Shown: piece by piece, positions 1 to 12,998 of the stretch
Layout of the letters: every line of letters begins with the position of its first letter
Numbering within the stretch: position 1 is the stretch's first letter
Origin: Schmidtea polychroa
Lineage: Eukaryota
Assembly: GCA_044892525.1 (NCBI GenBank)
Contig: CM097885.1
Span: 434,001 to 498,000, forward strand
Direction of reading: 5' to 3'
DNA length: 64,000 nucleotides
The notes under the pieces: generated by a model
Database searches by the model: none
The model's input: only the letters and a program-made list of their open reading frames with translations
What the model was told of the DNA's origin: nothing
Program-made: the position numbers and the translations under genes

Positions 1-577
1 AGTAATCATTTTGCCTGCTACTTCCAGGCCTTTCTGGAAATCACTGTCAGATTTCTGTTGTATAGGTGTAAATGTGGAAGTGTAAATCGATTCCCTTTAT
101 CAGATGGTAAGGTGTCGTTTTTACGCTTAAGATTAGGCAAGTCAGAATTTGCAAGAGGTATTAGTCTTTTGGGTATTGCTGGAGAACTGTCAAGGTCTAC
201 TTTTTCAGCTAAGGAGCTGTTTTCAGCTACCCTTTCTTTATTAGAATTGAGTAAGGTTGAGGAGTCATCAAGAGGTGAAGGTCTAAGTGAGAGGTTATAA
301 ATTTTGGAGTCGTCATTAGATTCAGTCAGAAGAGGGTTGTTTTGAGGGAAAGATGTTGGAAGAGGATTGAGGCTATCAGTTAGAGATACATATTCAGTGT
401 TGATACGAGTAGGTCGAGTATTACGAAGAGGAGTAGTAGGTTCATTAGTGCTGGAGCTGCTTGATAGGATGACGTCATCGCAGTCAGAGTTAAAGAGATC
501 GCTTGGGTATTCAGGAGGTCTTTCTGAGGTGTCAATAACTTCCTCACCATCCGACATAGGGGACTCGATTGTGTCAT
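1..577 (-). pseudogene. Fragment of non-LTR retrotransposon ORF1 (family B), low-complexity S/D/N/P region, cut by the Polinton-like insertion
   Basis: Same as 12071-12647. The peptide DCDDVILSSSSS recurs in other array members as DCDDVQLSSS. Confidence 0.8.
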
Positions 578-597
578 AGTAGGTACAAGTGCGCTGC

Positions 598-755
598 ATG
601 ACTCATCATTACCCCCCCGCCCCCCGCCCCCGGTGAGTCATAAATGACGTCATCCATGACTCATCGCGCATGACTCACCGGCGATGACTCATCGCACATG
701 ACTCATCAAGGGTGACTCATTTCAAATTTAAATTTCCAAAGGTCAAATAAGGTCA
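598..755. promoter_or_regulatory. Subterminal cluster of AP-1-like TGA(C/G)TCA sites, one CRE (TGACGTCA) and a DR4 (AGGTCA-aata-AGGTCA, 740-755); also at ~12668-12825 and inverted at ~24615-24766
   Basis: Seven TGACTCA/TGAGTCA sites and one TGACGTCA within ~125 bp of the terminus, read directly. Function is inferred. Confidence 0.55.
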
Positions 756-769
756 AACCTTCACCCAAG

Positions 770-879
770 GGTATCATTAGAAAAGTATTTGAGAGGTCAG
801 TTTGATGGTCATACCCTCGAAGGTGTATGGTGGGTCCTTAACCTTCAAATGGTCAAAAACCTTCGAATGTTTTCAAACC

Positions 880-934
<55 letters not shown>

Positions 935-1700
935 TTCGAAAGGTATATGAGAGGAAAGTTTGATGGTCATACCCTCGAAGGTGTATGGTGGGTCCTTAAC
1001 CTTCAAAGGGTCAAAAACCTTCGAATTTTTTCAAACTTTGTAATATATATATATCATTCGAAAGGTATTTGGGAGGTCTATCTAATGGTCATACCCTCGA
1101 ATGTATATGGTGGGTCAATAACCTTCAAAGGATGTCCAAAATTAAATATTTTTCAAACCATATAATATATATATATATATATCATTCAAAAGGACTTTTG
1201 ATGGTGAGTTCGAAGATCCAAGGGTCGAAGGGTCCAAGGTTCAAAAATTTTAAAACCTTATAATATACATATCAAACGAAAGGTATTTGAGATGTAAGTA
1301 TCATGGTCATACTTTCAAAGGTTTATGAATGGTCCTTAACCTTGTAACCTTCAAAGGGTCCAAAACCTTTAAAAATTATACATATAGATATATACATGTC
1401 AAATAAAAGGTAATACAAAGGTGAGTATGATGGTCATACCATCAAAGGTCATACCCTCCAAGGGTCCAAGGATCAAATTTTTTAAAACCTTATAATATAC
1501 ATATCAAACAAAAGGTAATTCAAAGGTGAGTTCGAAGGTCAAAGGGTCGAAGGTTCAAATTTTAGAAACCTTATAATATACATATCAAACAAAAGGTAAT
1601 TCAAAGATGAGTATGATGGTCCAAGTTTGAAGGTCAAAGGATCCATGGTTTAAATTTTTCAAACCTTATAATATACATATCAAACAAACGGCAATACAAA
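770..1700. repeat. Degenerate subterminal tandem repeats (atatc..aaaggta...gatggtcataccctcgaagg...aaaccttataata) with a (TA)n tract
   Basis: Recurring units of ~85-140 bp. Repeated at ~12840-13765 and inverted at ~23655-24600. Confidence 0.85.
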
Positions 1701-2169
1701 AGTACTCATCGATGACTCATTTAATTTTTTTTGAACAAAGACAATGACTCATCATTTTTAGAACAAAGACATATGTTTTCAGAACAAAGACAATGGCGCG
1801 CCCATGGGATTTATTATTTATTACTATCAATAGTAATATTATTATTTATTATTATTATTTTCGAAGATATTTTCAAATTTATTATTAATATTATTATTAT
1901 GATTATTTATCAAGGTCATTTAAACAAAACCATGACTCATCCGCTGAGTCATCAAAGTCGTTCTATTTTTAGTAACAAAGACTACTATTTTTAGTAACAC
2001 ACAGACATCTATTTTTAGTAACATTTTTGATCCGATCATTGATCCGATGACTCACCAAGGTTGTTGTATTTTTAGTAACAAAAACATCTATTTTTAGTAA
2101 CGTTTTGGATCTATTTTTAGTAACATTTGTGAAGTACATATGACTCATCATTTCTTAAACAAAGATATT

Positions 2170-2256
2170 ATTATCATTATTATTATTTTCAAAGTTATTT
2201 TGAAAATTCTTATTATTACTATTATTATTCTTATTCTTCTTCTTCTTCTTCTTCTT

Positions 2257-2287
<31 letters not shown>

Positions 2288-2534
2288 TTTGCAAAGTTCT
2301 AATTATTATTTTATTTTAGAAGTTTCATTATTATTATTTACTTAAATATTCATAAAACTTAATTTCTACGTCAATTTCATGATTTTCAACATTTTCATCA
2401 TTTGCATGATTATTTTCAAATTTTCACGATTTTCAACATTTTCAAATATTTTTCAAAGTATTATTTTCAAAGATTTATTTTCAAATTATTTTCAAAGATT
2501 TAATCAAAATTATTATTAATACTATTATTATTAA

Positions 2535-2622
<88 letters not shown>

Positions 2623-3630
2623 ATTATTATTATTATTATTTGCGAAGTTCTTATTATTTTATTTTCGATGTTTTATTATTATTTACTTAAATATTCATAA
2701 AACACAATTTCTGCATCAATTTACGATTTTCAATATTTGATGATTATTTTCAGGAACATTGTCATAATTTTGAACATTTTCATCATTTTCAATATTTTCA
2801 CGATTTTCAACATTTTCACGATTTTCAACATTTTCATGATTATTATTTTTTCATTATTATTTTCAAAGAATTATTTTCAAAGAATTATTATTATTATTTT
2901 TTTTTTTATTATTATTATTTTTATTATTATTTGCAAACTTCTAATTATTATATTAATTTAGAAGTTTCATTATTATTATTTACTTAAATATTCATAAAAC
3001 TTAATTTCTACGTCAATTACATGATTTTCAGCATTTTCATCATTTGCATGAATTTTAACAATTTTCTACATTTTCAATATTTTCACGATTTTCAACATTT
3101 TCATGATTATTTCAGGAACTTTTCATCGAATATTTTTCAAAGTATTATTTTCAAAGAATTATTTTCAAATTATTTTCAAATTTTTTATCAATATTATTAT
3201 TATTATTATTATTATTTGCAAAGTTCTTATTATTTTATTTTCGATGTTTTATTATTATTTACTTAAATATTCATAAAACTTAATTTCTGCATCAATTTAC
3301 GATTTTCAATATTTGATGATTATTTTCAGGAACATTTTCATAATGTTTAACGTTTTCATCCTTTTCAATATTTTCATCATTTTCAATATTTTCAGGAACA
3401 TTTTCATAATTTTCAACGTCTTCATCATTTTCAACATTTTCATCATTTTCTATATTTTCATGATTTTAACATTTTCATAATTTTCACGATTTTCAATATT
3501 TTCATCATTATTTTCTTCAAAATTCTTAGTTTATTTATAAAATATTATTATTATCATTTTCAAAATTATTTTCAAATTTCTTATTATTTATTTCAAAGTA
3601 TATTATTATTTTTATTATTATTATTATATA
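2170..3630. repeat. (ATT)n microsatellites and attttcaN low-complexity repeats inside the element arm
   Basis: Seen directly. Copies at ~14230-15690 and inverted at ~21760-23190. Confidence 0.9.
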
Positions 3631-4034
3631 TACTCCTAGTCTACCCGACAAAATATTTTGTCCCCCTATGGGTACTGCTCACACTCAACAGGTTGCAAGG
3701 GTACTAGTCATGCTTATTATTATTGTTATACAATATGATGTTACTTAGACATTTGAAGGTTCAACCATGGTTACAATTTCTACATTTTGAAAACTCTAAT
3801 TTGATTGGCTATCTCAATTTTTATAAATGTAAAAACAAAAGTAATTTAGTTATTAAGAAATTTATTTATTACTGATGATTTCTACAAATAAAACTGTTGA
3901 ATATGTAAATCACAAAACACATTTGGTAACTTTATTATTTTGTCAATATTTTTTATATATGTCATTTATAGCAAGGAAGTCCTACTAGAAATAAGGAAAA
4001 ATTAAGTCCAACCTATTCTGAAGATAAGCGTTCA

Positions 4035-4525
4035 TTGAAATTTTTTAACAACACAGTTGAAGATTTTATAAATAATCATGATACTTACAATGATAAGCAA
4101 ATCATAAATATTTTAAAGATTTTCAAACATTCCTCTATTCAATATTTGATTGATTTATTTAATTATGATAAATGCATTTTGAAGTTATCTAGTTATTTAA
4201 TGTATTTAGAAAAAACAGTGGTAAACAACGATTCACTGAATGAATACTTTTGGAGTTGTATGTATTTAAGGTTGAAACCGGGATATAGTAGATTGATTTA
4301 TGAATGGATAGCAAAAGCCGACTTGATTGAAAATAAGCTAACGGAAAACTGAACGATGTTAAGAAAAGGTATTTAACTTGTTCAATTTGTAAAGAAAATC
4401 AAGTTTCGGTTTTGTATTTACCGTGTGGTCACGTAATTGTTTGTTCTAAGTGTCACGAGAAGAATGTTCGCAATTGTCAAGCCTGTTTAATACTGATTAA
4501 TGAATATCATACTATATACATGTAA
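4035..4525 (+). pseudogene. C3HC4 RING-finger protein (IAP/MDM2-type C-terminal RING), frameshifted near 4348
   Basis: After ORF 4035-4352 a shifted frame reads KLNDVKKRYLTCSICKENQVSVLYLPCGHVIVCSKCHEKNVRNCQACLILINEYHTIYM*. Upstream are a reverse CCAAT (tgattggc, ~3802) and TATA-like tttataaa (~3820); AATAAA lies at ~4538. Confidence 0.8.
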
Positions 4526-5816
4526 GTTCTCAATACAAATAAATACAATATCAAAGTCAAATGAATTATTAACATACATAATGACGGTACTATAATGTAG
4601 GAAATTTTCAAACATTGAATAATATGAAATCAGCTTGGTAATTAATTATATTGGGCGCAACTACCAAATGTTGATGATATGATGAAGGGAATGGTATTTA
4701 TAATATTATTTTAAGATTATTCAAAATGAAATATAACCATGAGTTCATCAAAATGGAAAAAGATCTTCGCAAGAACCATGAAGATGCTGGATGTATTGGT
4801 TATTATTTTTTCGGAAATAAATGTTTTAATTTGTTTTTATAAATTTATTGTTTTATTGTAATACTTTTTGATTAAAACATATTCATTTTGTTTTAATATT
4901 TGTATTAATTTTTTTATATAGTGGTTATTATAAATATTGAAATTTACAATTATATATACAATTATATTTACAATTATTATAAATCATAATGACTAAATGA
5001 TGCTTTTCTTCTGTCCATTGATTTTCCTCTGATATTACTGCTATAATCATCTTCGACAAAATGTAAAGATAATATTTCTAGTGTCTTTGTTAATCATGCC
5101 CATTTATTGCAAAGTCTTTGTTAATTATGCATTTGTATTGCAAATTTATTAGTCATACAATTATATTATTTTTTCATGCCCTGACATAATATTATTATTT
5201 TTAATTTTATTATTTTGTTTAACAATACCATATAGCAAATTTTTAGGCAATTTGATAAATAGTACATGGTTATTTTAAATATATAGCAATTTCTTAAGTA
5301 AAATATATTTCCAGATAAATTTAAAAATTTAGTTAGAAATCCATGGTTTTTGGCTGTACCATTTAATTAAAATATTCTTGGATTCATACCATTTCTTTTA
5401 TATAGTTGATAGTAATACCAATTATCTCAATTATTTAACTAGAATTGTTAATTTTATCTCTGTGTTATTAAAATTATCGTTCGACTTTACTCTTCTTACC
5501 ATTTTAGAATAAGATTTTTTATCAAAATTTGTGTTAATTTGACTGATTCAATTTGATGGAGTTATTGTTAATTCGTTTTATTATATATACTATGAGTTTA
5601 TCCGACAAGATATTTTCTCCCTCTATGGGTACTGTTCACAATTGGTACTGCTCGCAAGGGTACTGGTCGTAAAGGTACTGGTGTGTTTTAATGATTTTAT
5701 TTAGGCAAATTTTTGGTTATTAATTAGCATTAAATTCATTGGTAATTTTTAGAGTTAGCGGGATTTTACTAACATTATTACTAACCTTTTTGTGAATAAT
5801 TGAAAGAATATTTAAA

Positions 5817-7377
5817 GATATTACGTAGTATGAAGTCTATAGATAAACAGAAGAGGGTCATAGACAGGGGACAGCCCTGTTTTACACCCTTAACAATTGG
5901 TACAGAAGAGGATTTTTCCCCCTCGCAGTCAAATATAGTATTTACGTTGCTATACATATCCTGTAGTAGCAAGATGGTTTTTGAGTCAAGACCCATTTGG
6001 GAGAGGGTGTGCCAAATTAGATCATGAGGGAGCGATCCAAAAGCGTCAGAGATATCTAACCATATAATGTGGAGGTCAGTTTTTTTACGAAAGGAGGATT
6101 CCTTAAGAAGATGTAGGATAAAGTTATGCTCAGAACAACCATCTGGAGCACCAATGGCTTTTTGGTTGCATGTCAATAAATTACCGTCTTTGATCCACGA
6201 TAAAAGGCGGTTATTTAGGAGGGAAGAGAAGATGCGATATGCAGTGTTCATTAAGGAGATGGGGCGCCAAGAGCTGGCCTCGTGACTGATTTTAGCTTTA
6301 CCATTTTTCAGTAGGAGTTTCGTACGGAAAGTTTTCCAGGATGATAAGATGTTGTTACAGAGCGATAGAATGAAGCTGAAGTCAGGTGAGATTTTTTCCA
6401 ATCAGCCAAAGTGATTCCATCGAGTCCTGGAGCAGTGTTTTGAAGTTGTGAGAAAATGAATTTGATATCATTCAAGGCAAAAGGAGTAAATGAGAGTTTT
6501 TCCGGTAAAGATGGAAGGTTTTTAATAAGATCCGTATTGCAGTGTGCGGAAGTACCTGCGAAAATTCTCACAATATTAGACATAGTTCGTTTGCTACACT
6601 CAACTTTATTATTTAAGATCTTTGTTATCTCCTCTTTAGGTTTAGTTTTATATTTAAAACGTTTAATGCAGAGCAGTTCATTTTTTGTCCTAGTTTTCTT
6701 ATGGACAATGTCTGCTGGTTTTTTAATTTTATATTTATCAGGAGAAATAAATGAATTTATTTTTTGCATTTCATTAAGGGCTGTTTCACAGTCCATATTA
6801 TTATTATTTAAATTAATTATTATGCTTTTAATAAGTGGGGAATATTTTTTAATATTATCTTTAGGTATTTTATGAGAAATATAGTTTTCGATAACAGTTC
6901 TGATATATTTTTGCATGATATCAATTTTAGGAGTAGTTAATTTTGTATTTCTTATTAGGCATTTGATGAAGTGGCACACAAAAAAGGCAGATTCGTTTGA
7001 GGAAGAGCAACGGGGGTACTCATATTTAGTGAGTCTAATTGTGATTGGTGAGACGATTTTTTGAAGATCAAGAATGGTATTAAGTATGCTATTTGCTAGA
7101 GATAAGTGTATGGAGTGGCTATCATCAAGTAAAGGATCTATTATAACAGCAAGATGTCTCCGCTATTATCGAGATAGAAGAAAAACCAGTTGTCTTTGCC
7201 GTTTGACATTGGCATAATGATTTCGTTCCACTCAGCGAAATCTTTGAAAGGGAAGGAAGAAAAGAAAGTTATGTAATTGTGTTGGATTAGAGCGTTACCA
7301 ACAAAGGGGTCAACGAAGATGGTGGATTTTTTGATGGCGAAGGAGTAAACGAATGCCTTTATTGTGTGCTGGGACCA
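5817..7377 (-). pseudogene. ORF2 (Ulp1-like domain plus N-terminal half of RT), frameshifted and truncated
   Basis: ORFs 6308-6979 and 5781-6401 carry RT motifs in different frames. Confidence 0.88.
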
Positions 7378-8664
7378 TCAGGCTGACTCCTTATCAACAT
7401 TATTAGTGAATAAGCAATCATCTGGTATATCCCTACTAAATTCAATATTAATCATATCTTCATCTGAAGAAGTTAGTTTTGCTTCCTGGGTGTTTACAGG
7501 CACCTCCGGGGTGTTTACAGGTATCTCGAGGTTAACTGCAATCACCTCCTGGGTGTTTAGAATATTGTTTAAAATATTATCATTAATATCCATGGATACA
7601 GGCATTTCGGCGGTATGATTTTGTGATGTTAGTGGGATATTATTAGTGTTAGGTGGTATTGGGTGTCTTTGGGCTATATGATTTATAATGTCATCTATTG
7701 GGACCCAGCTCTTACATGCGCAGTATATATCTGCATTTTTATCAAAGATTCTATTCCTATGCATTTTAGACATGTGCTCCCAAACACATGCCAATGGAGT
7801 GTCCCAATTCCACGTCGTAAAGCATTTTTTGTAATTTTTATTGTTACTGTTACACGTTAGGCGATTATTTTTATCAATTTTAATATATATCATTTTAAGG
7901 GTATCTTTGTCGTTTTGCAGCTCGTGCACATACTGCTCGACATGTCTATATATGCCCCTGTGTGTAACCGGATATATAACGTAGCGTTCGTCATCACCTT
8001 TGCATTGGCCGCAGTCTATGATGGAGTTTTCAGTGATAGTGATGTTGTGTCTTTCGAGTGCGTGCTGGGCCATTTTTTCCCTATTGTAAATGGATATCGC
8101 TCCACAAAAAGGTGTGCGTAAGTGGTGTTTGCATCTACATTTCCCTCTGGAGTTGAAATAGTAGAGATTAGGGTCTTGCATATAAAGTGATTTCAGGCTA
8201 GGTGGTATTAAGGTTTGGGTTGGTTTTGGGATTTCGCCTGTGTCAATGGATATTTTTATTCCAACAAGGGATTTGGGTTTATTGCAGTTACAACATTTAG
8301 AGTTGTTAGCATTATTATTATTAATATTATCAGTGTCATCTGCTCTATTATCATTTTCATTAGTTATGGGTAAGTGGTCGATCAGAGCGATGGTGTTATT
8401 GGGATCATTGGAGAGTAAGGAGGAGTTGGGTTGAAGATTTTCGTTAAGGAGTGATGTTTCGTTTAAAGGGGAAAGTTTAAGAGAAATAGGGTTTATGAAG
8501 AGATCCTCAGCGTCATCAGTTACAGAGTGTCTCTGTACTGAACCCTCTATGATATCTTGAGAGTCGTTTAGGTTTACTAAGTCTATGGAGATGTGGGAGC
8601 TAGTTGTTTGGATGATAGAAGTGTCGTTTAACGGAGAAGGTTTGAAGGATATGGGAATTATCAT
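7378..8664 (-). CDS. Retrotransposon ORF1 C-terminal part with ~4 C2H2-like zinc fingers; ends in the conserved TGA
   Basis: 428-aa ORF with C..C...HALERH, CGQC..HVEQYVH, C..C..HMSKMH and CAC..HIAQRH. Homologous to 38560-39606. Confidence 0.75.
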   Translation of the reverse strand: MIIPISFKPSPLNDTSIIQTTSSHISIDLVNLNDSQDIIEGSVQRHSVTDDAEDLFINPISLKLSPLNETSLLNENLQPNSSLLSNDPNNTIALIDHLPITNENDNRADDTDNINNNNANNSKCCNCNKPKSLVGIKISIDTGEIPKPTQTLIPPSLKSLYMQDPNLYYFNSRGKCRCKHHLRTPFCGAISIYNREKMAQHALERHNITITENSIIDCGQCKGDDERYVIYPVTHRGIYRHVEQYVHELQNDKDTLKMIYIKIDKNNRLTCNSNNKNYKKCFTTWNWDTPLACVWEHMSKMHRNRIFDKNADIYCACKSWVPIDDIINHIAQRHPIPPNTNNIPLTSQNHTAEMPVSMDINDNILNNILNTQEVIAVNLEIPVNTPEVPVNTQEAKLTSSDEDMINIEFSRDIPDDCLFTNNVDKESA

Positions 8665-9619
8665 AGAGTCATTATCAAAGTAAGAGTATTTTTTTGAGAT
8701 GTTGGATTCATCTTTTATGGGAGTTTATGTAATATTTGGGATATAGAGATTAGCGGGATTAGTATTGGATGAGTCACTGCTGGATAGTTGGACATCATCG
8801 CAGTCTTCGTCAAGATCACAAGTGTTAGTTTTATTGGATTAAGTAAGAAAGAGTATTATTATCCATAGTGTCTGTCGAATCTTTATGGACTGAAGCGAAA
8901 GGAGTTGTAGTAGAGCTTAAAGGTAATGGCCTTGACAAGGTGTTTGTTGTCAAAAATTCTCTTGATAATCGAGCAGATGAGACAATAGGTGTATTTTTAT
9001 GAAAATTTTTATTATAATTATTTTTTGATAATTTAATATTAGAGTTAGTAAATTTAAAGGATTTTAATATTTTATTTAGGCTAGAAGGTTTAGTTATATT
9101 GATCTTTTTAGGTAAATTGGGGATAGCATGGTTATGGTCTAACGAGGTGATGATTAGTTTTGAATAATGGGATCGGGTGGGGTGAGAGATCAAAGGCTTT
9201 TTAATAGTATCATCGTGGGTGAATTTGTGAATATTTAGAGGAATGATCGGTTTAGAAAAGTGAGATCTTAAAGGATGGAGAACTATCGGTTTTATGATAA
9301 CGGGTTTATTGGAAGTGAAGGTGCTATCGGGTTTAATAATGATGGAAGAAAGGCTACCTCGTAGGGTATTTTTGGTATAGTCAATAGTTGAGGTACGGAT
9401 GATATTGGATAAAGGGTCAGTTTGTTCATTATTAGAGAGAAGCGTATTATTGTATTTTGATAAAGAGCTATCATGATTTGTTTTAGGAGTGATGGGGGCA
9501 GAGTTAGAAGATACTGGAAAAGAGCTAACAGTTAAGTCTTTAAATGTAACTGTCTTAGATGATCCGAGTCGGCCGTAGGCCGGCGAGGTGTGTCTTTTCT
9601 CGTGTTCCGAAGGAAAGGT

Positions 9620-12600
9620 GAGGTCAGATGAGTTTAGAGCACGCGATAGGTGTACAATGCTTTGTATTACATATTCGTCTATTGCAGCGGTAAGTCCAAG
9701 TCCGCCCATTTTTATAGAGGCGTATATGAAGTTGTTGTTAAATTGTAAGAGATTATCCCCTAGAGAGGTTTTTATCATTTTTCTAATCTTATTGTCAAAA
9801 CCTTTTTGGGGGACACGATCTTTTATGAAGATATCTTTATGAGAGTCTAGTATTTTATGGAGGATTTCACAATTACGGAAGGGAAAGATCAATCGAGAGT
9901 GTATGAATATCTTGAAGGCATTAATCTTCTGAGATGGGTGAAGATGTGAGTTTAGGATTTTTTCGGTATCGTTAATAGCGAGTTCAAGTCTTTCATCAAT
10001 ATTGTGCCTTTTCTTATAAGCAGATATCTGTAGAAGTTCGAGTCGTCTACTTAATGAGTTGAAGGATAAGATTATGTTCAGCGCATCCATCGGGAGTGCC
10101 GATTGCTTTCTGGTTTTTCGAGATAAGGTTACCCTCTTTGATCCATCCAAGAAGTCTGTTATTAAGAAGTGAGGAGAAAACGCGGTATGCTGTATTCATG
10201 ATGGAGATCGGTCTCCATGAACTTACCGGCTTTGAGGATGAGTTTTGTCCTGAAGGTTTTCCAAGTAGATGGACAGAGGGAGTTCCTTTGGATGTTATTA
10301 CATATAGAGAGAAGAAGTTCAAGATCTGGTGATATCTTTTTCCAATTGGCAAGTGTGATAAGATCTAATACTGGGGCGGTATTGTCAAGATTGGAGACAA
10401 TGTATTTGATCTCATCAATATCAAAGGGAGTAGAAGAGTAGTTTTCTGAGAAGAAGCAAAGGAGGTTAATAGAAGGCGGATTTGAGGGGATCAATTCTCC
10501 TGCGAAGAGTTTGAGAATATTGGTCATAGTGGGTTTTTGGAAGGTAAATTCATTGTTCAAGATCTTGGGGTCAAATTTGTATCTGTTCCTTTTAATAATT
10601 AATAATTCTTTGTCTAGTTTTTTTGTCTTATGAATAATGTCGGCTGGTTTTTTATTTATGTATTTTAGGGCGTTAATATTTTCATTAATCTTTATAATTT
10701 CACCAAGGACTGTATCACAGTCAGTTGTATCAGTATTTAAGTTAATTATGAGACTATTGATAAATGGTCGATATTTTCGCACATCAACATTAGCCATTCT
10801 GTTATTAATAATTTTTTTAATTATACTTTTTATCTTATCAGTCATACTCTGGATGTTTGGGGAGGTAATCGTATCATGTTTCATCAAGCATTCAATCATA
10901 TGGCATACAAAGAAGGCTGATTCATAAGGAACGCTGCATCTGGGGTATTCAAGATACTGAAGGTTGATGTCTAAAGGAGAGACAATTTTTTGTAAGTCAA
11001 GAATGGTTTCAAGGATATTATAAGCAAGTATTTGATGGGTAGAGGGACATTCATCAGTGATAGGGTCAATAAGAGTTGCGAGTTTACGGCGCTTGTCAAG
11101 AAAGAAGAAGAACCAATTGTCCTTGGAGTGGCACATTGGCATTATGATCTCATTCCAGTCAGCAAATTCTTTAAAGGGAAAGGATTCGAAGAAGGTTTTG
11201 AAGTTGTGCTGAATGAGTGCGTTTCCAATATAGGGGTCAATGAAGATAGAAGCAGGTCTTATGGCGAAAGAGAAGATGAAGGCCTTGATTGTATGCTGTG
11301 ACCATCATGCAGCTTCTTTATCAATATTGTTTGAGAAAAGGATATTATCAGGTAAGTCCCTGGTAATAATTTCATTATTTAGCGGAGATAGGATTGCCTC
11401 TTGGGTATCCAGGATGTCTGTAAAAACATTATTTATATTATTATTAGTTACCTTAGAAGAATTGTTGTTTTCAGGGATTATTCTCTATATGATTTTTTGT
11501 ATCAGCGTAATTTATCCACTCTCCACAGAAACAGTAAATTCTACGATTAATATCGAATTTGAGGTTTTTATGATTTTTAAAGATATGGGACATAATAGTA
11601 TCTAGGGGAGTATCAATGTTAAATGAGTCAAAGCATTTGTTGCAGTTTTTGTTCCAGAATTTGCAAGCAAGGAGATTTGAGGGTATAATTTGAAGTGAGA
11701 CAATTTTTAAGAAGTCCTTACTTACACTACAATGGTGTTGGAACTGAGAGTTGTGGTTAAGAAGGTTCCTAAGTGTGATAAGATTAAGTGTGGACCTGCT
11801 TCCCTCTCCTTTGGGTCTACATTGCAGGCAATCAATAAGTGAGTCGTATGTGATGGTCATGTTATGGGTGTCTTGTGCATGTGAGATGATTTTGTCATGG
11901 TCTATAGCAGATATAGTGCCGCAAAAATCCGTGTGATGAACACCTCGGCATTGTAGTTTGCCTCTCGAGTCAGAAAAGTAGAGTATGTCGTCATTTAAGC
12001 TATTTGTTTTAAGGTCTTTAGGGATTTTGGACTTTCTTGGTTTGATTAGATCGTTCGGGGGGACATAAAGAGTAATCATTTTGCCTGCTACTTCCAGGCC
12101 TTTCTGGAAATCACTGTCAGATTTCTGTTGTATAGGTGTAAATGTGGAAGTGTAAATCGATTCCCTTTATCAGATGGTAAGGTGTCGTTTTTACGCTTAA
12201 GATTAGGCAAGTCAGAATTTGCAAGAGGTATTAGTCTTTTGGGTATTGCTGGAGAACTGTCAAGGTCTACTTTTTCAGCTAAGGAGCTGTTTTCAGCTAC
12301 CCTTTCTTTATTAGAATTGAGTAAGGTTGAGGAGTCATCAAGAGGTGAAGGTCTAAGTGAGAGGTTATAAATTTTGGAGTCGTCATTAGATTCAGTCAGA
12401 AGAGGGTTGTTTTGAGGGAAAGATGTTGGAAGAGGATTGAGGCTATCAGTTAGAGATACATATTCAGTGTTGATACGAGTAGGTCGAGTATTACGAAGAG
12501 GAGTAGTAGGTTCATTAGTGCTGGAGCTGCTTGATAGGATGACGTCATCGCAGTCAGAGTTAAAGAGATCGCTTGGGTATTCAGGAGGTCTTTCTGAGGT

Positions 12601-12647
12601 GTCAATAACTTCCTCACCATCCGACATAGGGGACTCGATTGTGTCAT
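9620..12647 (-). mobile_element. NeSL/R5-like non-LTR retrotransposon family B copy 1, 3' portion (zinc fingers, Ulp1-like, RT with internal deletion near 10045, thumb)
   Basis: ORFs 11471-12079, 10162-11142 and 10047-10352 (SWRPISIMNT, GCAEHN), then HPSQKINAFKIFIHSRL..GGLGL. Continues at 24787 across the Polinton. Confidence 0.85.
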
Positions 12648-12949
12648 AGTAGGTACAAGTGCGCTGCATGACTCATCATTACCCCCCCGCCCCCCGCCCC
12701 CGGTGAGTCATAAATGACGTCATCCATGACTCATCGCGCATGACTCACCGGCGATGACTCATCGCACATGACTCATCAAGGGTGACTCATTTCAAATTTA
12801 AATTTCCAAAGGTCAAATAAGGTCAAACCTTCACCCAAGGGTATCATTAGAAAAGTATTTGAGAGGTCAGTTTGATGGTCATACCCTCGAAGGTGTATGG
12901 TGGGTCCTTAACCTTCAAATGGTCAAAAACCTTCGAATGTTTTCAAACC

Positions 12950-12998
<49 letters not shown>

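Larger units (their letters stand above)
1..5816. repeat. Near-identical direct copy of 12071-17877 (segmental/tandem duplication, period ~12.07 kb; probably continues left of the window)
   Basis: Position 1 matches 12071 (agtaatcattttgcctgcta) and the ORF track is identical. The offset drifts from 12070 to 12061 only at (TA)n and (ATT)n tracts. Identity stops after gaatatttaaa at 5816/17877. Confidence 0.97.
578..5816. mobile_element. Truncated duplicate of Polinton-like element 1 (left arm plus start of spacer)
   Basis: Begins tgtcat|AGTAGGTACAAGTG exactly as at 12648 and is identical to 12648-17877 apart from microsatellite lengths. Confidence 0.9.
5817..9620 (-). mobile_element. NeSL/R5-like non-LTR retrotransposon, family A copy 1 (3'-truncated inside RT by the duplication junction)
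   Basis: ORF1 zinc fingers, a Ulp1-like region (WNEIIMPMSNGKDNWFFF..IIDP..ESAFFVCH), and RT motifs APGLDGIT, SWRPISL, GCSEHN, WLDISDAFGSLPH, GVKQGCPLS. Confidence 0.88.

Noticed and set aside
2737..3266. I/F/Y/L-rich ORFs (also 14798-15327, 22124-22955, 58203-58871) and K-rich ORFs at 43654-44152
   Set aside because: Translations of microsatellites and minisatellites.
8831..10150. Single 439-aa gene
   Set aside because: A chance in-frame fusion of a family B RT thumb fragment with the family A ORF1 region at ~9620.
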